From assembly GCA_965198365.1 (NCBI GenBank), contig OZ240617.1:2507429-2571428 (forward strand): DNA of 64,000 nucleotides, read 5' to 3'. The stretch comes from Candidatus Aldehydirespiratoraceae bacterium (GTDB lineage: Bacteria; Actinomycetota; Acidimicrobiia; Acidimicrobiales; Aldehydirespiratoraceae). Under the pieces are notes generated by a model. The model was not told the origin of the DNA and made no database searches. It saw only the letters and a program-made list of their open reading frames with translations. Shown one piece after another: positions 18,491 to 26,742 of this stretch (position 1 is its first letter; each line of letters begins with the position of its first letter). The position numbers and the translations under genes were made by a program.

Positions 18491-18728
18491 CGCCGGGCGC
18501 AGCCGGAGCCGCGCTGAGCTATCGCCGGGCGTAGCCGGAGCCGCGGAACTCGGCGCGGTGTTTTTGCCGGGCGTAGCCGGAGCCGCGGAACTCGGCGCGG
18601 TGTTTTTGCCGGGCGTAGCCGGAGCCGCGCTGAGCTATCGCCGGGCGTAGCCGGAGCCGCGCTGAGCTATCGCCGGGCGTAGCCGGAGCCGCGGAACTGG
18701 GTGCGGGGCACTCGCCGGGCACAGGCCG
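18491..18728. repeat. tandem array of 6 full copies plus 1 partial copy of a 23-nt GC-rich core (CGCCGGGCGTAGCCGGAGCCGCG) with two alternating short linkers (CTGAGCTAT or GAACTCGGCGCGGTGTTTTT)
   Basis: Read directly. Cores start at 18491, 18523, 18565/6, 18607/8, 18639 and 18671, with a partial copy at 18713. Lies between the stop of a membrane-protein gene and the ku start. Confidence 0.85.
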
Positions 18729-18730
18729 AA

Positions 18731-19585
18731 TCAGGTGTCTAGCAGGATTCGGGCTACGAGATCTTGGCCGAAGGCCGTGAGGATGGCCAGATACATCAAG
18801 CCGGTGGCGGCCATAACCGCGGAGTAGGCACGTTCGCGCAGGGCTGCTCGAGTCACAACAACCAGTGCGATCGTGGTCACCACACACGCCACCCAGAACC
18901 AGCCGAGCAAACCGTTGTAGGCATCGTCGATGGTGCCGTTGAGCACCGACACCATCCCAGTTGGCCATAGCAACAGGATCGTCTCGGGGACCCAAACAAT
19001 ACCGGTCCACCTAACCAGTTCCAGGATCGGACCTCGAGCTAGTCCCGGTTGCACGAGATACCAGTGGCCAAGCAGCATGGCGTCGGACACGACACCCAAA
19101 AACAACGCACTGACCAGGCCACGAGCAATCGACAAGGCAACCGGGTCACCAGCGTGAATCGAGGCGAACAGCACGGCTGTCAAACCGAGAACACCCGCCG
19201 CCAGATCGAGAACCGGAGGGAACTCCACAGCAGAGTCATCGAAACGCGGTTCATCACGATCAATCCCTGTCATCTCTGCGACCCGTGCGGAGCGTCGCTC
19301 AACGAGTGTTCGCTGGCCCGATACACCCGCAGACTTGCGAGCTACCGACACGACCAATGCAACCCCGCCGACCACCAAGAATCCAAGGGTGGTCAGATCA
19401 CGCGTCCAGACCACATCGGTTGCCAACGACGCAGCCAGCGAACCTGCCGCCAAGAGCAGAAAAACCATTCTCTGCAACCAGCCGTAGCCGAGACCAACCT
19501 CACGACGCCGAGTAGTGACCCATAGAAAGACCCAACCACCCGCCGCCCATTGCACTAGAACCGTGGCGGCATCAATGCGAATCAC
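18731..19585 (-). CDS. integral membrane protein, function unknown
   Basis: 284 aa, about 8 hydrophobic helices. Comparable to the conserved membrane protein found near lipA in mycobacteria (position only). Confidence 0.6.
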   Translation of the reverse strand: MIRIDAATVLVQWAAGGWVFLWVTTRRREVGLGYGWLQRMVFLLLAAGSLAASLATDVVWTRDLTTLGFLVVGGVALVVSVARKSAGVSGQRTLVERRSARVAEMTGIDRDEPRFDDSAVEFPPVLDLAAGVLGLTAVLFASIHAGDPVALSIARGLVSALFLGVVSDAMLLGHWYLVQPGLARGPILELVRWTGIVWVPETILLLWPTGMVSVLNGTIDDAYNGLLGWFWVACVVTTIALVVVTRAALRERAYSAVMAATGLMYLAILTAFGQDLVARILLDT

Positions 19586-19614
19586 CGCGTCAAGCTACCG
19601 CGTGGGCCAACTCG

Positions 19615-20769
19615 TTATGCCTGGACGACGGCGAGATGATGGTCGGTGAGGTTCAACGACTCGGGTCCAGCCTCAGTCGCAACGACAATGTCTTCAAGGC
19701 GCATACCCCAACGGTCCGGCATGTAAATGCCAGGCTCAATCGAGAACGCATTGCCCGCTACCAGTGGGGCCGTGTTGCCCTCCACGATGTACGGATCCTC
19801 ATGCGCCTCAACCCCGATCCCGTGCCCCGTTCGGTGAATGAAGTAACTACCGAATCCGGCCGCAGCGATCCGCTCCCGCGCCTCACGGTCGACATCTTGT
19901 GCGGGAGTCCCGACCGTGGCCGCTGTCACCGCCGCAGCCTGCGCCTCGTGCAGAACCGCATAAGCCTCCAGATACTCACGATCCGGCCGAGAACCCACCC
20001 AGACGCAGCGGGTGATATCGGAGCAGTAGCCGACACCGTCGTCTCCGATCATCGTGCCACCGAAGTCACAGAGGAGCGCCTCACCCTCAGAAATCACCCG
20101 GGAGCCCGCCTCGTGGTGTGGGCTGGCAGCGTTTTCTCCCGTCGCCACGATGGCAAAGTTCACCCGATCATGACCTTCGGCGATGATCTGGCGACCGAGT
20201 TCAGCCGACACCTCGGCCTCAGTCTTGCCGACAAGCGGGATCTCGCCGCTCTGGAGACGCTGCGCGATTGCGTCTACTGCACGGCTCGCGGCGCGCAACC
20301 GATCGATTTCGGCAGCGTCTTTGACCGAACGGATTCCACTGGTGATCGAGCTGGCCCGGCGGAAGTCCGTCTTGGGTCGAGCCGACATCAGATCAACGAG
20401 AAACCCCGACCACATGTGATCACCCACCGCGGCGCTTGACGCAGGTCCCATCAGGGTCGCTATCAACGCGATCGGGTCTTCGGTCTCGGACCACGGTCTC
20501 ACCGCGAACACCTCAGGGCGCGGCGTGACCCGTGAAGCTTCCAAGCCTGGTACAACCAGCGTGGCATCGCCGTCGCGCGGCACCACCAGCATTGTGATCC
20601 GTTCGAGCGGCATCGCCTCGTAGCCGCAGAAGTACGGCAGATCAGCGCCGACCGACAACAGCAGCACATCCACCCCGTCGGTAGTCATCTTTTCTCGGGC
20701 CCGGGCGAGCCGTTGCGTGAACATAGCGCTCAATTCTAGACCCGCCCCGAAATCTGCGCGTTCAACCAC
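19615..20769 (-). CDS. M24-family Xaa-Pro dipeptidase/aminopeptidase
   Basis: 384 aa. HRTGHGIGVEAHEDP and FSIEPGIY metal-ligand motifs. Confidence 0.85.
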   Translation of the reverse strand: MVERADFGAGLELSAMFTQRLARAREKMTTDGVDVLLLSVGADLPYFCGYEAMPLERITMLVVPRDGDATLVVPGLEASRVTPRPEVFAVRPWSETEDPIALIATLMGPASSAAVGDHMWSGFLVDLMSARPKTDFRRASSITSGIRSVKDAAEIDRLRAASRAVDAIAQRLQSGEIPLVGKTEAEVSAELGRQIIAEGHDRVNFAIVATGENAASPHHEAGSRVISEGEALLCDFGGTMIGDDGVGYCSDITRCVWVGSRPDREYLEAYAVLHEAQAAAVTAATVGTPAQDVDREARERIAAAGFGSYFIHRTGHGIGVEAHEDPYIVEGNTAPLVAGNAFSIEPGIYMPDRWGMRLEDIVVATEAGPESLNLTDHHLAVVQA

Positions 20770-20772
20770 AAT

Positions 20773-22572
20773 CTATGTGGCTGAGCGCGCAGATTTCGCA
20801 GAAACAGAGGCCAGTTGGTCTACGGATTGGCGGGCATGATAACTCGAACGGGTCAGCGGGGAAGCCTCCACATGTGCGATTCCCACCGACTCGCCGAAGC
20901 GTTTCCATTCGTCGAACACTTCAGGCTGCCACCACTGGGCTACTGGCAGATGGTGAGATGTCGGGCGCAGGTACTGGCCGATGGTGACAATGTCGACACC
21001 AACCGCGGCCAGGTCTATGAGGGTCTGTCTAATCTCGCTGTCGCGCTCCCCCATCCCCACGATGATCGACGACTTGGTGGTCAAACCAGCGGTTTTGGCG
21101 CGGGCCAGAACTGAGAGACTGCGGGCATAACCGGCCGACGGGCGCACCGCGCGTTGCAACCGCGCCACCGTTTCGATGTTGTGGTTGAACACATCGGGCT
21201 GAGCATCAAACACCTTCTTCAGCGATTCGTTGGATCCTTTGAAGTCCGAAACCAGAGTCTCTACCCGACATTGCGGTGTGCGCTTGCGGATCGCGGCAAC
21301 GACATCGGCGACGGCGCCGGCGCCACCATCTTCAAGGTCGTCACGGGCGACCATTGTGACGACAGCATGACGCAAAGCCATCAACTCGACCGCCTCAGCC
21401 ACACGGGTCGCCTCCTGAGGATCTGGCGCCTCGGGATGCCGCGTGTCGATCAAGCAGAACCCACAAGCTCGAGTGCAGCGATCCCCGAGGATCATGAAAG
21501 TCGCTGTGCCGTCGTTCCAGCACTCGGAAATATTCGGGCAACCCGCTTCTTCGCACACGGTCACGAGTCCGAGTTCACGCATCGTGGACCTGATCCGGCG
21601 ATACTGCGGTCCAGGATCGAACTTCACCCGCATCCACTCAGGCTTGCGCGCGCGCAACCGCACGGGGTCGTGACTGGTGGCCCCCGCTTGAGCAAGGCGT
21701 CCAAGCAACCGCACCGAGGTGCCATCAGCCTGTCTCGCAAATTCCTGCGGTGAGGACGCTTGTCCAGTGATTGCCGGGGTGGGATCCTCAGATTGGTAAC
21801 CGACTCCAGAACGCCCAACCGGTGTGCCTGGGCCTTCTCCACGAGTGAACGGCGCAAAGTCAGCGGGTTTGGTCCTGAACCCAACGCCGGCGCGGTCAAC
21901 TGATCCGTGTTGAGCGAACACAGCCACCGCCCGTTGCGTGAACAGCTCGACCATCTCAGGCATCGAAACGTCAACACCGAGCGCGGCCAGCGAGGTGACG
22001 CCCTTGTCGGGAATGCCACACGGAACGATTCGCTCATACCAGCTCAAATCCGGGTCAACATTGAGCGCCACCCCATGCATGGAGCGTCCCCTGGCTATCC
22101 GCACCCCGATTGCCGCTATCTTCTGGGGCCGTTCTCCGGTGGGATCCACCCAGACGCCGGTACAGCCTTTGATACGCCCCGACTGCACACCAACATCTCC
22201 GAGCGTTTCAATCAAACACTGTTCAAGCGATGACACATACGCGGCGGTGTCGGCCATACCGCCGCCGCGGCGCCCTGGCACATCAACAATGGGATAAGCA
22301 ACAAGTTGACCGGGGCCGTGGTAAGTCACGTCGCCTCCCCGATCCGCTACAAACAACTCCGCACCGAGCGACTCAACGTCGGCAAGCAGATGCTCAGCCG
22401 GCGTACGGCGACTCATGGTCACTACATCGCGATGCTCCAACAACAGCAGATAGTCGTGTTGGCGATTGACGAACAACGACCGTTGCAACGCGAGCGCATC
22501 TGAATAAGCAACCCGTCCCAACCAGCGGACCCGCAGAGTCCGCTCGGCCAAAACCGAACCGTTCAGCACCAA
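20773..22572 (-). CDS. lipB-lipA: single-ORF fusion of lipoyl(octanoyl) transferase LipB (N-terminal) and lipoyl synthase LipA (C-terminal)
   Basis: 599 aa with no in-frame stop. LipB motifs: RGGDVTYHGPGQLV, KIAAIGV, PCG (aa ~10-225). About 55-aa Pro/Gly-rich linker. LipA motifs: CEEAGCPNISEC and radical-SAM CTRACGFC (aa ~283-599). Confidence 0.85.
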   Translation of the reverse strand: MVLNGSVLAERTLRVRWLGRVAYSDALALQRSLFVNRQHDYLLLLEHRDVVTMSRRTPAEHLLADVESLGAELFVADRGGDVTYHGPGQLVAYPIVDVPGRRGGGMADTAAYVSSLEQCLIETLGDVGVQSGRIKGCTGVWVDPTGERPQKIAAIGVRIARGRSMHGVALNVDPDLSWYERIVPCGIPDKGVTSLAALGVDVSMPEMVELFTQRAVAVFAQHGSVDRAGVGFRTKPADFAPFTRGEGPGTPVGRSGVGYQSEDPTPAITGQASSPQEFARQADGTSVRLLGRLAQAGATSHDPVRLRARKPEWMRVKFDPGPQYRRIRSTMRELGLVTVCEEAGCPNISECWNDGTATFMILGDRCTRACGFCLIDTRHPEAPDPQEATRVAEAVELMALRHAVVTMVARDDLEDGGAGAVADVVAAIRKRTPQCRVETLVSDFKGSNESLKKVFDAQPDVFNHNIETVARLQRAVRPSAGYARSLSVLARAKTAGLTTKSSIIVGMGERDSEIRQTLIDLAAVGVDIVTIGQYLRPTSHHLPVAQWWQPEVFDEWKRFGESVGIAHVEASPLTRSSYHARQSVDQLASVSAKSARSAT

Positions 22573-22577
22573 CGCGC

Positions 22578-24077
22578 TCAGTGGACCTCCGCCTCCCAGT
22601 CGCGAGTCTCAATGATCTCTTTGACTCGGTGAAGGAACGCCGCGGCATAGGCGCCATCGAAAGCGCGGTGATCCCAGGCCATCGCCAACACCCCGACCGA
22701 ATGAATGGCGATCGATTCGTTGCCGTAAGAATCAGTGACCACAACCGGTTTTCGTGCCACCCCGTCGGTTGACAAAATCGCCACCTGAGGCTGGTTGATG
22801 ATCGGGAACTGCATCATCGTGCCGTATTGACCGGCGTTAGTCAGCGTGAAAGTGCCACCGGACAGCTCGTCGGGCATCAACTGCCTGGTACGCGCCCGGC
22901 TGGCGACATCCACAATATCTCGAGCGATTTGTCGCAGCCGCTTGCCCTCAGTGCCCTTGATCACCGGTGCCAGCAAGCCGCTGAAATCGATGTCGACAGC
23001 GATGGCAAGGTTGACCTCATCATGGATGACTAGATGGTCACCCCCGAAACTGGCATTGAGATGCGGGTATTCACGCAAGGCATCAACGACGGCGCGCGCA
23101 ATGAACGGCAAGTAGGTGAGGCTGAATCCCTCCTCTGCCTTCCAACCAGATTTGATCGCTTTGCGCACTTTTTCGACACCCTCATAGTCGATTTCCATGG
23201 CCGTGAGCACGTGTGGCGACGCGCTCTTCGACATCACCATGTGTTCTGCAGTGCGCTTGCGAATGTTGTTCAGCACTACGACCTTGTCACGCGTGCCTAC
23301 CTCGGTCGATGGGGTCGCAGTCGTGGCCGCTGGCGTCTTGACCACGGCCGACGGAGGCGGAGGCGTTGCCGGCTCGGATGGCCGCTCGGCGACAGGCGGG
23401 GGCAAAGCCGATTCTGGAGGACTCTGTGGTGGCGCTGCGGACGCGGCAGACGCTCCCGAACGGATCACCGCTTCGGCATCAGCTCGGGTAATGCGGCCAC
23501 CGACGCCTGTGCCGACAATCGTTGAGGGATCGAGTCCGTTGTCGGCTATCAACCGACGCACAACCGGAGACATTAGCGAAATCGGTTTCTCGCGCTCTGA
23601 GGATTCATCGACTGGCGACCCCGTCGGCGTCTCCGCATCGGGAGCAGCCGCGACTCCCGTTGGCGGCGGAGGCGGTGGCGGCAGAGTCGAAGACAGAGGT
23701 GTCTGTGCGCTGGGGGTTTCTCCCTGCTCAGGCTCCGGTTCAGGCTCAGGCTCCGGTTGGGGCTCAGGCTCCGGTTGGGGCTCCGACTCAGGTTCAGGCT
23801 CCGCCAAAACCTCGGGTTCTGCCGGGGCCGGGACGACAGCAGCATCGCCGATCTGGGCAAGAACTTGTCCAACCTCTACCAGGTCTCCCTCGTTGGCGAA
23901 TATCTCGATCAATGTGCCGGCAATGGGCGACGGGACTTCTGAGTCAACCTTGTCAGTGGAAACTTCGAAGAGGATCTCATCCATCTCCACGTGGTCACCG
24001 ACCTGTTTGAACCAGCGGGTGATCGTTCCCTCGGTGACTGTTTCCCCCAACTGGGGCATCGTCACGTCAGCCATCAA
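22578..24077 (-). CDS. dihydrolipoamide acyltransferase (E2) of a 2-oxoacid dehydrogenase complex
   Basis: 499 aa. Lipoyl domain (EVSTDKVDSEVPSP), PE/PQ-rich linkers, E3-binding domain (SPVVRRLIADNGLD), catalytic DHRAFDG. Confidence 0.9.
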   Translation of the reverse strand: MMADVTMPQLGETVTEGTITRWFKQVGDHVEMDEILFEVSTDKVDSEVPSPIAGTLIEIFANEGDLVEVGQVLAQIGDAAVVPAPAEPEVLAEPEPESEPQPEPEPQPEPEPEPEPEQGETPSAQTPLSSTLPPPPPPPTGVAAAPDAETPTGSPVDESSEREKPISLMSPVVRRLIADNGLDPSTIVGTGVGGRITRADAEAVIRSGASAASAAPPQSPPESALPPPVAERPSEPATPPPPSAVVKTPAATTATPSTEVGTRDKVVVLNNIRKRTAEHMVMSKSASPHVLTAMEIDYEGVEKVRKAIKSGWKAEEGFSLTYLPFIARAVVDALREYPHLNASFGGDHLVIHDEVNLAIAVDIDFSGLLAPVIKGTEGKRLRQIARDIVDVASRARTRQLMPDELSGGTFTLTNAGQYGTMMQFPIINQPQVAILSTDGVARKPVVVTDSYGNESIAIHSVGVLAMAWDHRAFDGAYAAAFLHRVKEIIETRDWEAEVH

Positions 24078-24143
24078 GTCCTCTTCTCGTCATCTTCAGA
24101 TTCATCTCATTCGTCTCGTTTCACCTACCGGCAACAGTTTGCA

Positions 24144-25574
24144 TCAACCATGAAGCGAACGCCCGGTCAACGACAACACAGATTCTCCAAAGAGTTCGCT
24201 CATCGTGGGGTGCGGTTGTATGAAAGCAGCCACATCGTCAACGGTCGCCTCCCAATTGACAGCAAGGTACGCCTGACCAAGCTGCTCGGTGACCCAGGGT
24301 CCGACCATGTGAACGCCCAGTATCTGCCCTCCGGTTCCGTCAGCCTGCTTCTCGGCGATGACCTTCACGATGCCGTCGGTATCGCCGACAATCTTGGCTC
24401 GACCGTTGCCGATGAAACGCAGCGACGAAGTCACAACGTCGTGGCCCGCGGCGATCGCTGACTCCTCAGTGTGCCCGGCGAACGCCACCTCAGGATGGCA
24501 ATATATGCACCACGGTGTTCCGTGGTGATCCAGCGGGGCGGGTTCTTCGCCCAACGAATCAGTGACCGCCAACATTCCTTCGGCAAAGGCCACATGGGCC
24601 AGCTGTGGTGTGTCGATCAGGTCACCAACCGCCCAAACACCCGGCTCCGCTGTCCGACAACGACCATCAACCTCAACGAAACCGCGCTCGTCAACGACTA
24701 CCGAAGTACCACTCAGACCCAACAGGTCAGCGTTGGGGCGACGGCCGACCGACACCACCACCAGGTCCACGTCCACAGACTGGCCGTCGCCGAAGGACAC
24801 CGATGTGTGCGAACCAGACGGATCGGGAGAGTGACCATGTACCGGAGCCGAGGTATGCACGGTAATGCCGCGCTTCTTGAAGCTGCGCGCCACAACCTTG
24901 GCAGCGTCGCGATCACATCCGGTAAGGATCTGTCCCAGCGCCTCGATCACGATGACATCAACTCCGAGATCAGCCATCATGGAGGCGAACTCGCAACCGA
25001 TGGCACCGCCGCCGATCACCGCGGCACTCTGCGGAAGTGCTTCAATCGACAACAGTTCGTCAGAGGTCATAACGAATTGTCCGTCGACTTCAAAGCCTGG
25101 AATCGTACGGGGCAATGACCCTGTTGCAAGGATCACCGAGGGGGCAGTGAGCGTTTGTGTCTCTCCCTGTTGCGTAACCGATACCACCCGACCGGCGCCC
25201 AGCGTTCCGATACCGTTGTAAACGGTGACCTTTCGGCCCTTCATCATCGATCCTAGACCTGCAACGAGTTGATCAATGATGCTCTGTTTGCGTTGCATCG
25301 TGACATCCCAGTCGAGCGCTGGTGCCGAGGTGCTCACACCGAAGTCTGCGGCATGGGTAACGGTGCGAAAGACGTGCGCCGTCTCCAACAACTCCTTGGC
25401 GGGAATGCACCCGACATGTAGGCAAGTGCCTCCCAGAGCGCCCTTCTCCACGAGTCCTACGTTCAGCCCAATACCCGCGGCATAAAGAGCGGCTGCATAA
25501 CCGGCAGGGCCACCGCCGACGACGATCACATCGTGTTGTATCTCTATGGGACTTCCTCCCCGTGCGGGCCTCAT
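24144..25574 (-). CDS. lpdA: dihydrolipoyl dehydrogenase (E3)
   Basis: 476 aa. GGGPAGY FAD motif, redox disulfide GGTCLHVGCIPAK, C-terminal HPTMSE. Confidence 0.9.
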   Translation of the reverse strand: MRPARGGSPIEIQHDVIVVGGGPAGYAAALYAAGIGLNVGLVEKGALGGTCLHVGCIPAKELLETAHVFRTVTHAADFGVSTSAPALDWDVTMQRKQSIIDQLVAGLGSMMKGRKVTVYNGIGTLGAGRVVSVTQQGETQTLTAPSVILATGSLPRTIPGFEVDGQFVMTSDELLSIEALPQSAAVIGGGAIGCEFASMMADLGVDVIVIEALGQILTGCDRDAAKVVARSFKKRGITVHTSAPVHGHSPDPSGSHTSVSFGDGQSVDVDLVVVSVGRRPNADLLGLSGTSVVVDERGFVEVDGRCRTAEPGVWAVGDLIDTPQLAHVAFAEGMLAVTDSLGEEPAPLDHHGTPWCIYCHPEVAFAGHTEESAIAAGHDVVTSSLRFIGNGRAKIVGDTDGIVKVIAEKQADGTGGQILGVHMVGPWVTEQLGQAYLAVNWEATVDDVAAFIQPHPTMSELFGESVLSLTGRSLHG

Positions 25575-25594
25575 GTTACCGGGGCCGACTCTCT

Positions 25595-25687
25595 TCAGCC
25601 GACGATCATCAACAACTGCACGGCTCCTGCCACAAGAATCACCAGCCCGACCAAGAGCGAGACTCCGATCAACATTCGGGTACTCAT
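25595..25687 (-). CDS. possible 30-aa hydrophobic micro-protein upstream of lpdA
   Basis: Manual translation MSTRMLIGVSLLVGLVILVAGAVQLLMIVG*. GAAGAGG about 6 nt upstream of the ATG. Too short for the ORF track and not otherwise supported. Confidence 0.25.
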   Translation of the reverse strand: MSTRMLIGVSLLVGLVILVAGAVQLLMIVG

Positions 25688-25794
25688 CGTGACCTCTTCG
25701 TTACTTCTCTCAGCTCAGCCAGGCTATCGCCGGCAGTACTGACAATACGGCTGCAAGGTGCTGGTAAATCCAAAAGGCCCTACGATGGGTAACG

Positions 25795-26376
25795 GTGAAA
25801 CCAAACGTGCTGTCTCCGATCACGGCCGCGTTGTTGGGCGCTGCGCTCTTCGTAAGTGCATGCGGCGACGGAACCGACGACGAAGCCACCCCAGCACAGC
25901 CGGATCCGACGACCACGTCCACGACCGAAGGACCGTCGCCATCAACCGAAGCGGGCGATTCAGTTGCGGTTGCATGGCCCCACGACTGGACCGAGGAACG
26001 CGTCGGTGGAGGCCAATTCGATGCCGGTGACTACGAGGGACAGGATCTCGTGTTGTGGTTTTGGGCGCCATGGTGACCGGCTTGTCAACGCGAAGCCGGT
26101 GCGGTCGCATCGGTTCAGGAACAATTCGCCGGTCAGATCGACATCATCGGCGTCGGTGGCAGCAGCACCTCAGAAGCCGATCTTGAGCGCTTCGTCGGGG
26201 GCTACGGAGTCTTTGACCTCATAAACGTGTCCGACACCGACAATTCGGTATGGGAACGCTACGGCGTCTTCAGCCAGCCGATCTACGCTTTCATCAACGA
26301 CGATGGCACGACCGAGGTGACCAGACTCCCTGTCGCAGAACTCGCCGAACGAATTGAACAGTTGTTGGCCACCTAG
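25795..26376 (+). CDS. TlpA/ResA-like thioredoxin-fold lipoprotein with in-frame TGA (26074-26076) at the first active-site position (W-U-P-A-C); candidate selenoprotein
   Basis: The track ORF 25795-26076 ends ...LVLWFWAPW-TGA. The same frame continues PACQREAGAVASVQEQFAGQIDIIGVGG...SQPIYAFINDDGTTEV... to TAG 26374-26376 (582 nt, in frame). Lipobox LFVSAC. WCxxC redoxin architecture with TGA in place of Cys. Confidence 0.6.
26077..26099 (+). promoter_or_regulatory. hairpin immediately 3' of the in-frame UGA (candidate bacterial SECIS)
   Basis: CCGGCUU-GUCAACGCG-AAGCCGG, a perfect 7-bp stem (8 bp with A26076:U26100) and a 9-nt loop containing G/U. Confidence 0.4.
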
Positions 26377-26401
26377 GCCGCTGACCAGCTAGACCAATCG
26401 G

Positions 26402-26638
26402 TCACCGTCGACGGCGAACAATCCACCCGATAATCTCGCTCAGAATGGCGCCGGCAACAGCGGAGACCACGATAATCAGCCACAACGGCGCACTGCGATC
26501 GATGAAGAACCATTGGACCGGTGTGCTATCGGTGTTCTGCACGACGAAAGCGATCAGAGCCACGGCCACCAGCGCAGCTCCGATGAACTTGCCGATACCG
26601 GTTTTGGCTGTCGGTTGAATGTTCGGATCGTCTGACAT
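26402..26638 (-). CDS. small membrane protein, LapA/DUF1049-like
   Basis: 78 aa. Two TM helices and a C-terminal RRRR. ...VQNTDSTPVQWFF... resembles the LapA-domain family. Confidence 0.55.
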   Translation of the reverse strand: MSDDPNIQPTAKTGIGKFIGAALVAVALIAFVVQNTDSTPVQWFFIDRSAPLWLIIVVSAVAGAILSEIIGWIVRRRR

Positions 26639-26742
26639 CTTCGGTCCTTCAGTTCGTGTGCACTCGATGATTCCAGCCCTCTATGATTCGCAGCATAGGG
26701 CGTGACTCACTCAAGCGCGAGAAGCGAGATCGAAGGACGACT

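Noticed and set aside
18491-18728. Possible CRISPR array (regularly spaced 23-nt repeats)
   Set aside because: The spacers are only 9 or 20 nt long and are themselves repeated (two types). There is no leader or cas gene nearby, and the repeat is shorter than typical CRISPR repeats. It behaves as a tandem/REP-like repeat.
23690-23830. DNA repeats GGCTCAGGCTCCGGTTGGGG... as a mobile or regulatory repeat
   Set aside because: They lie inside the E2 gene and encode its (PEPQ)n flexible linker. This is coding low-complexity sequence. The AEPEP repeat at about 14660-14700 in the SBP linker is the same kind.
23197-24153. 318-aa plus-strand ORF (and the 162/163-aa ORFs nearby) antisense to the E2 gene
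   Set aside because: This is a shadow ORF typical of high-GC DNA. Its composition is low-complexity (Gly/Ser/Ala/Arg runs mirroring the PE-rich E2 linker), whereas the minus-strand frame has unmistakable E2 motifs.
26074-26076. Global reassignment of TGA (code 4/25-like) as the explanation for the in-frame TGAs at 26074 and 51776
   Set aside because: TGA clearly terminates many well-defined genes in this window at the expected protein lengths (aceB, aceE, ybeY, the ABC permease and others). Recoding would have to be local, which points to Sec or a pseudogene.
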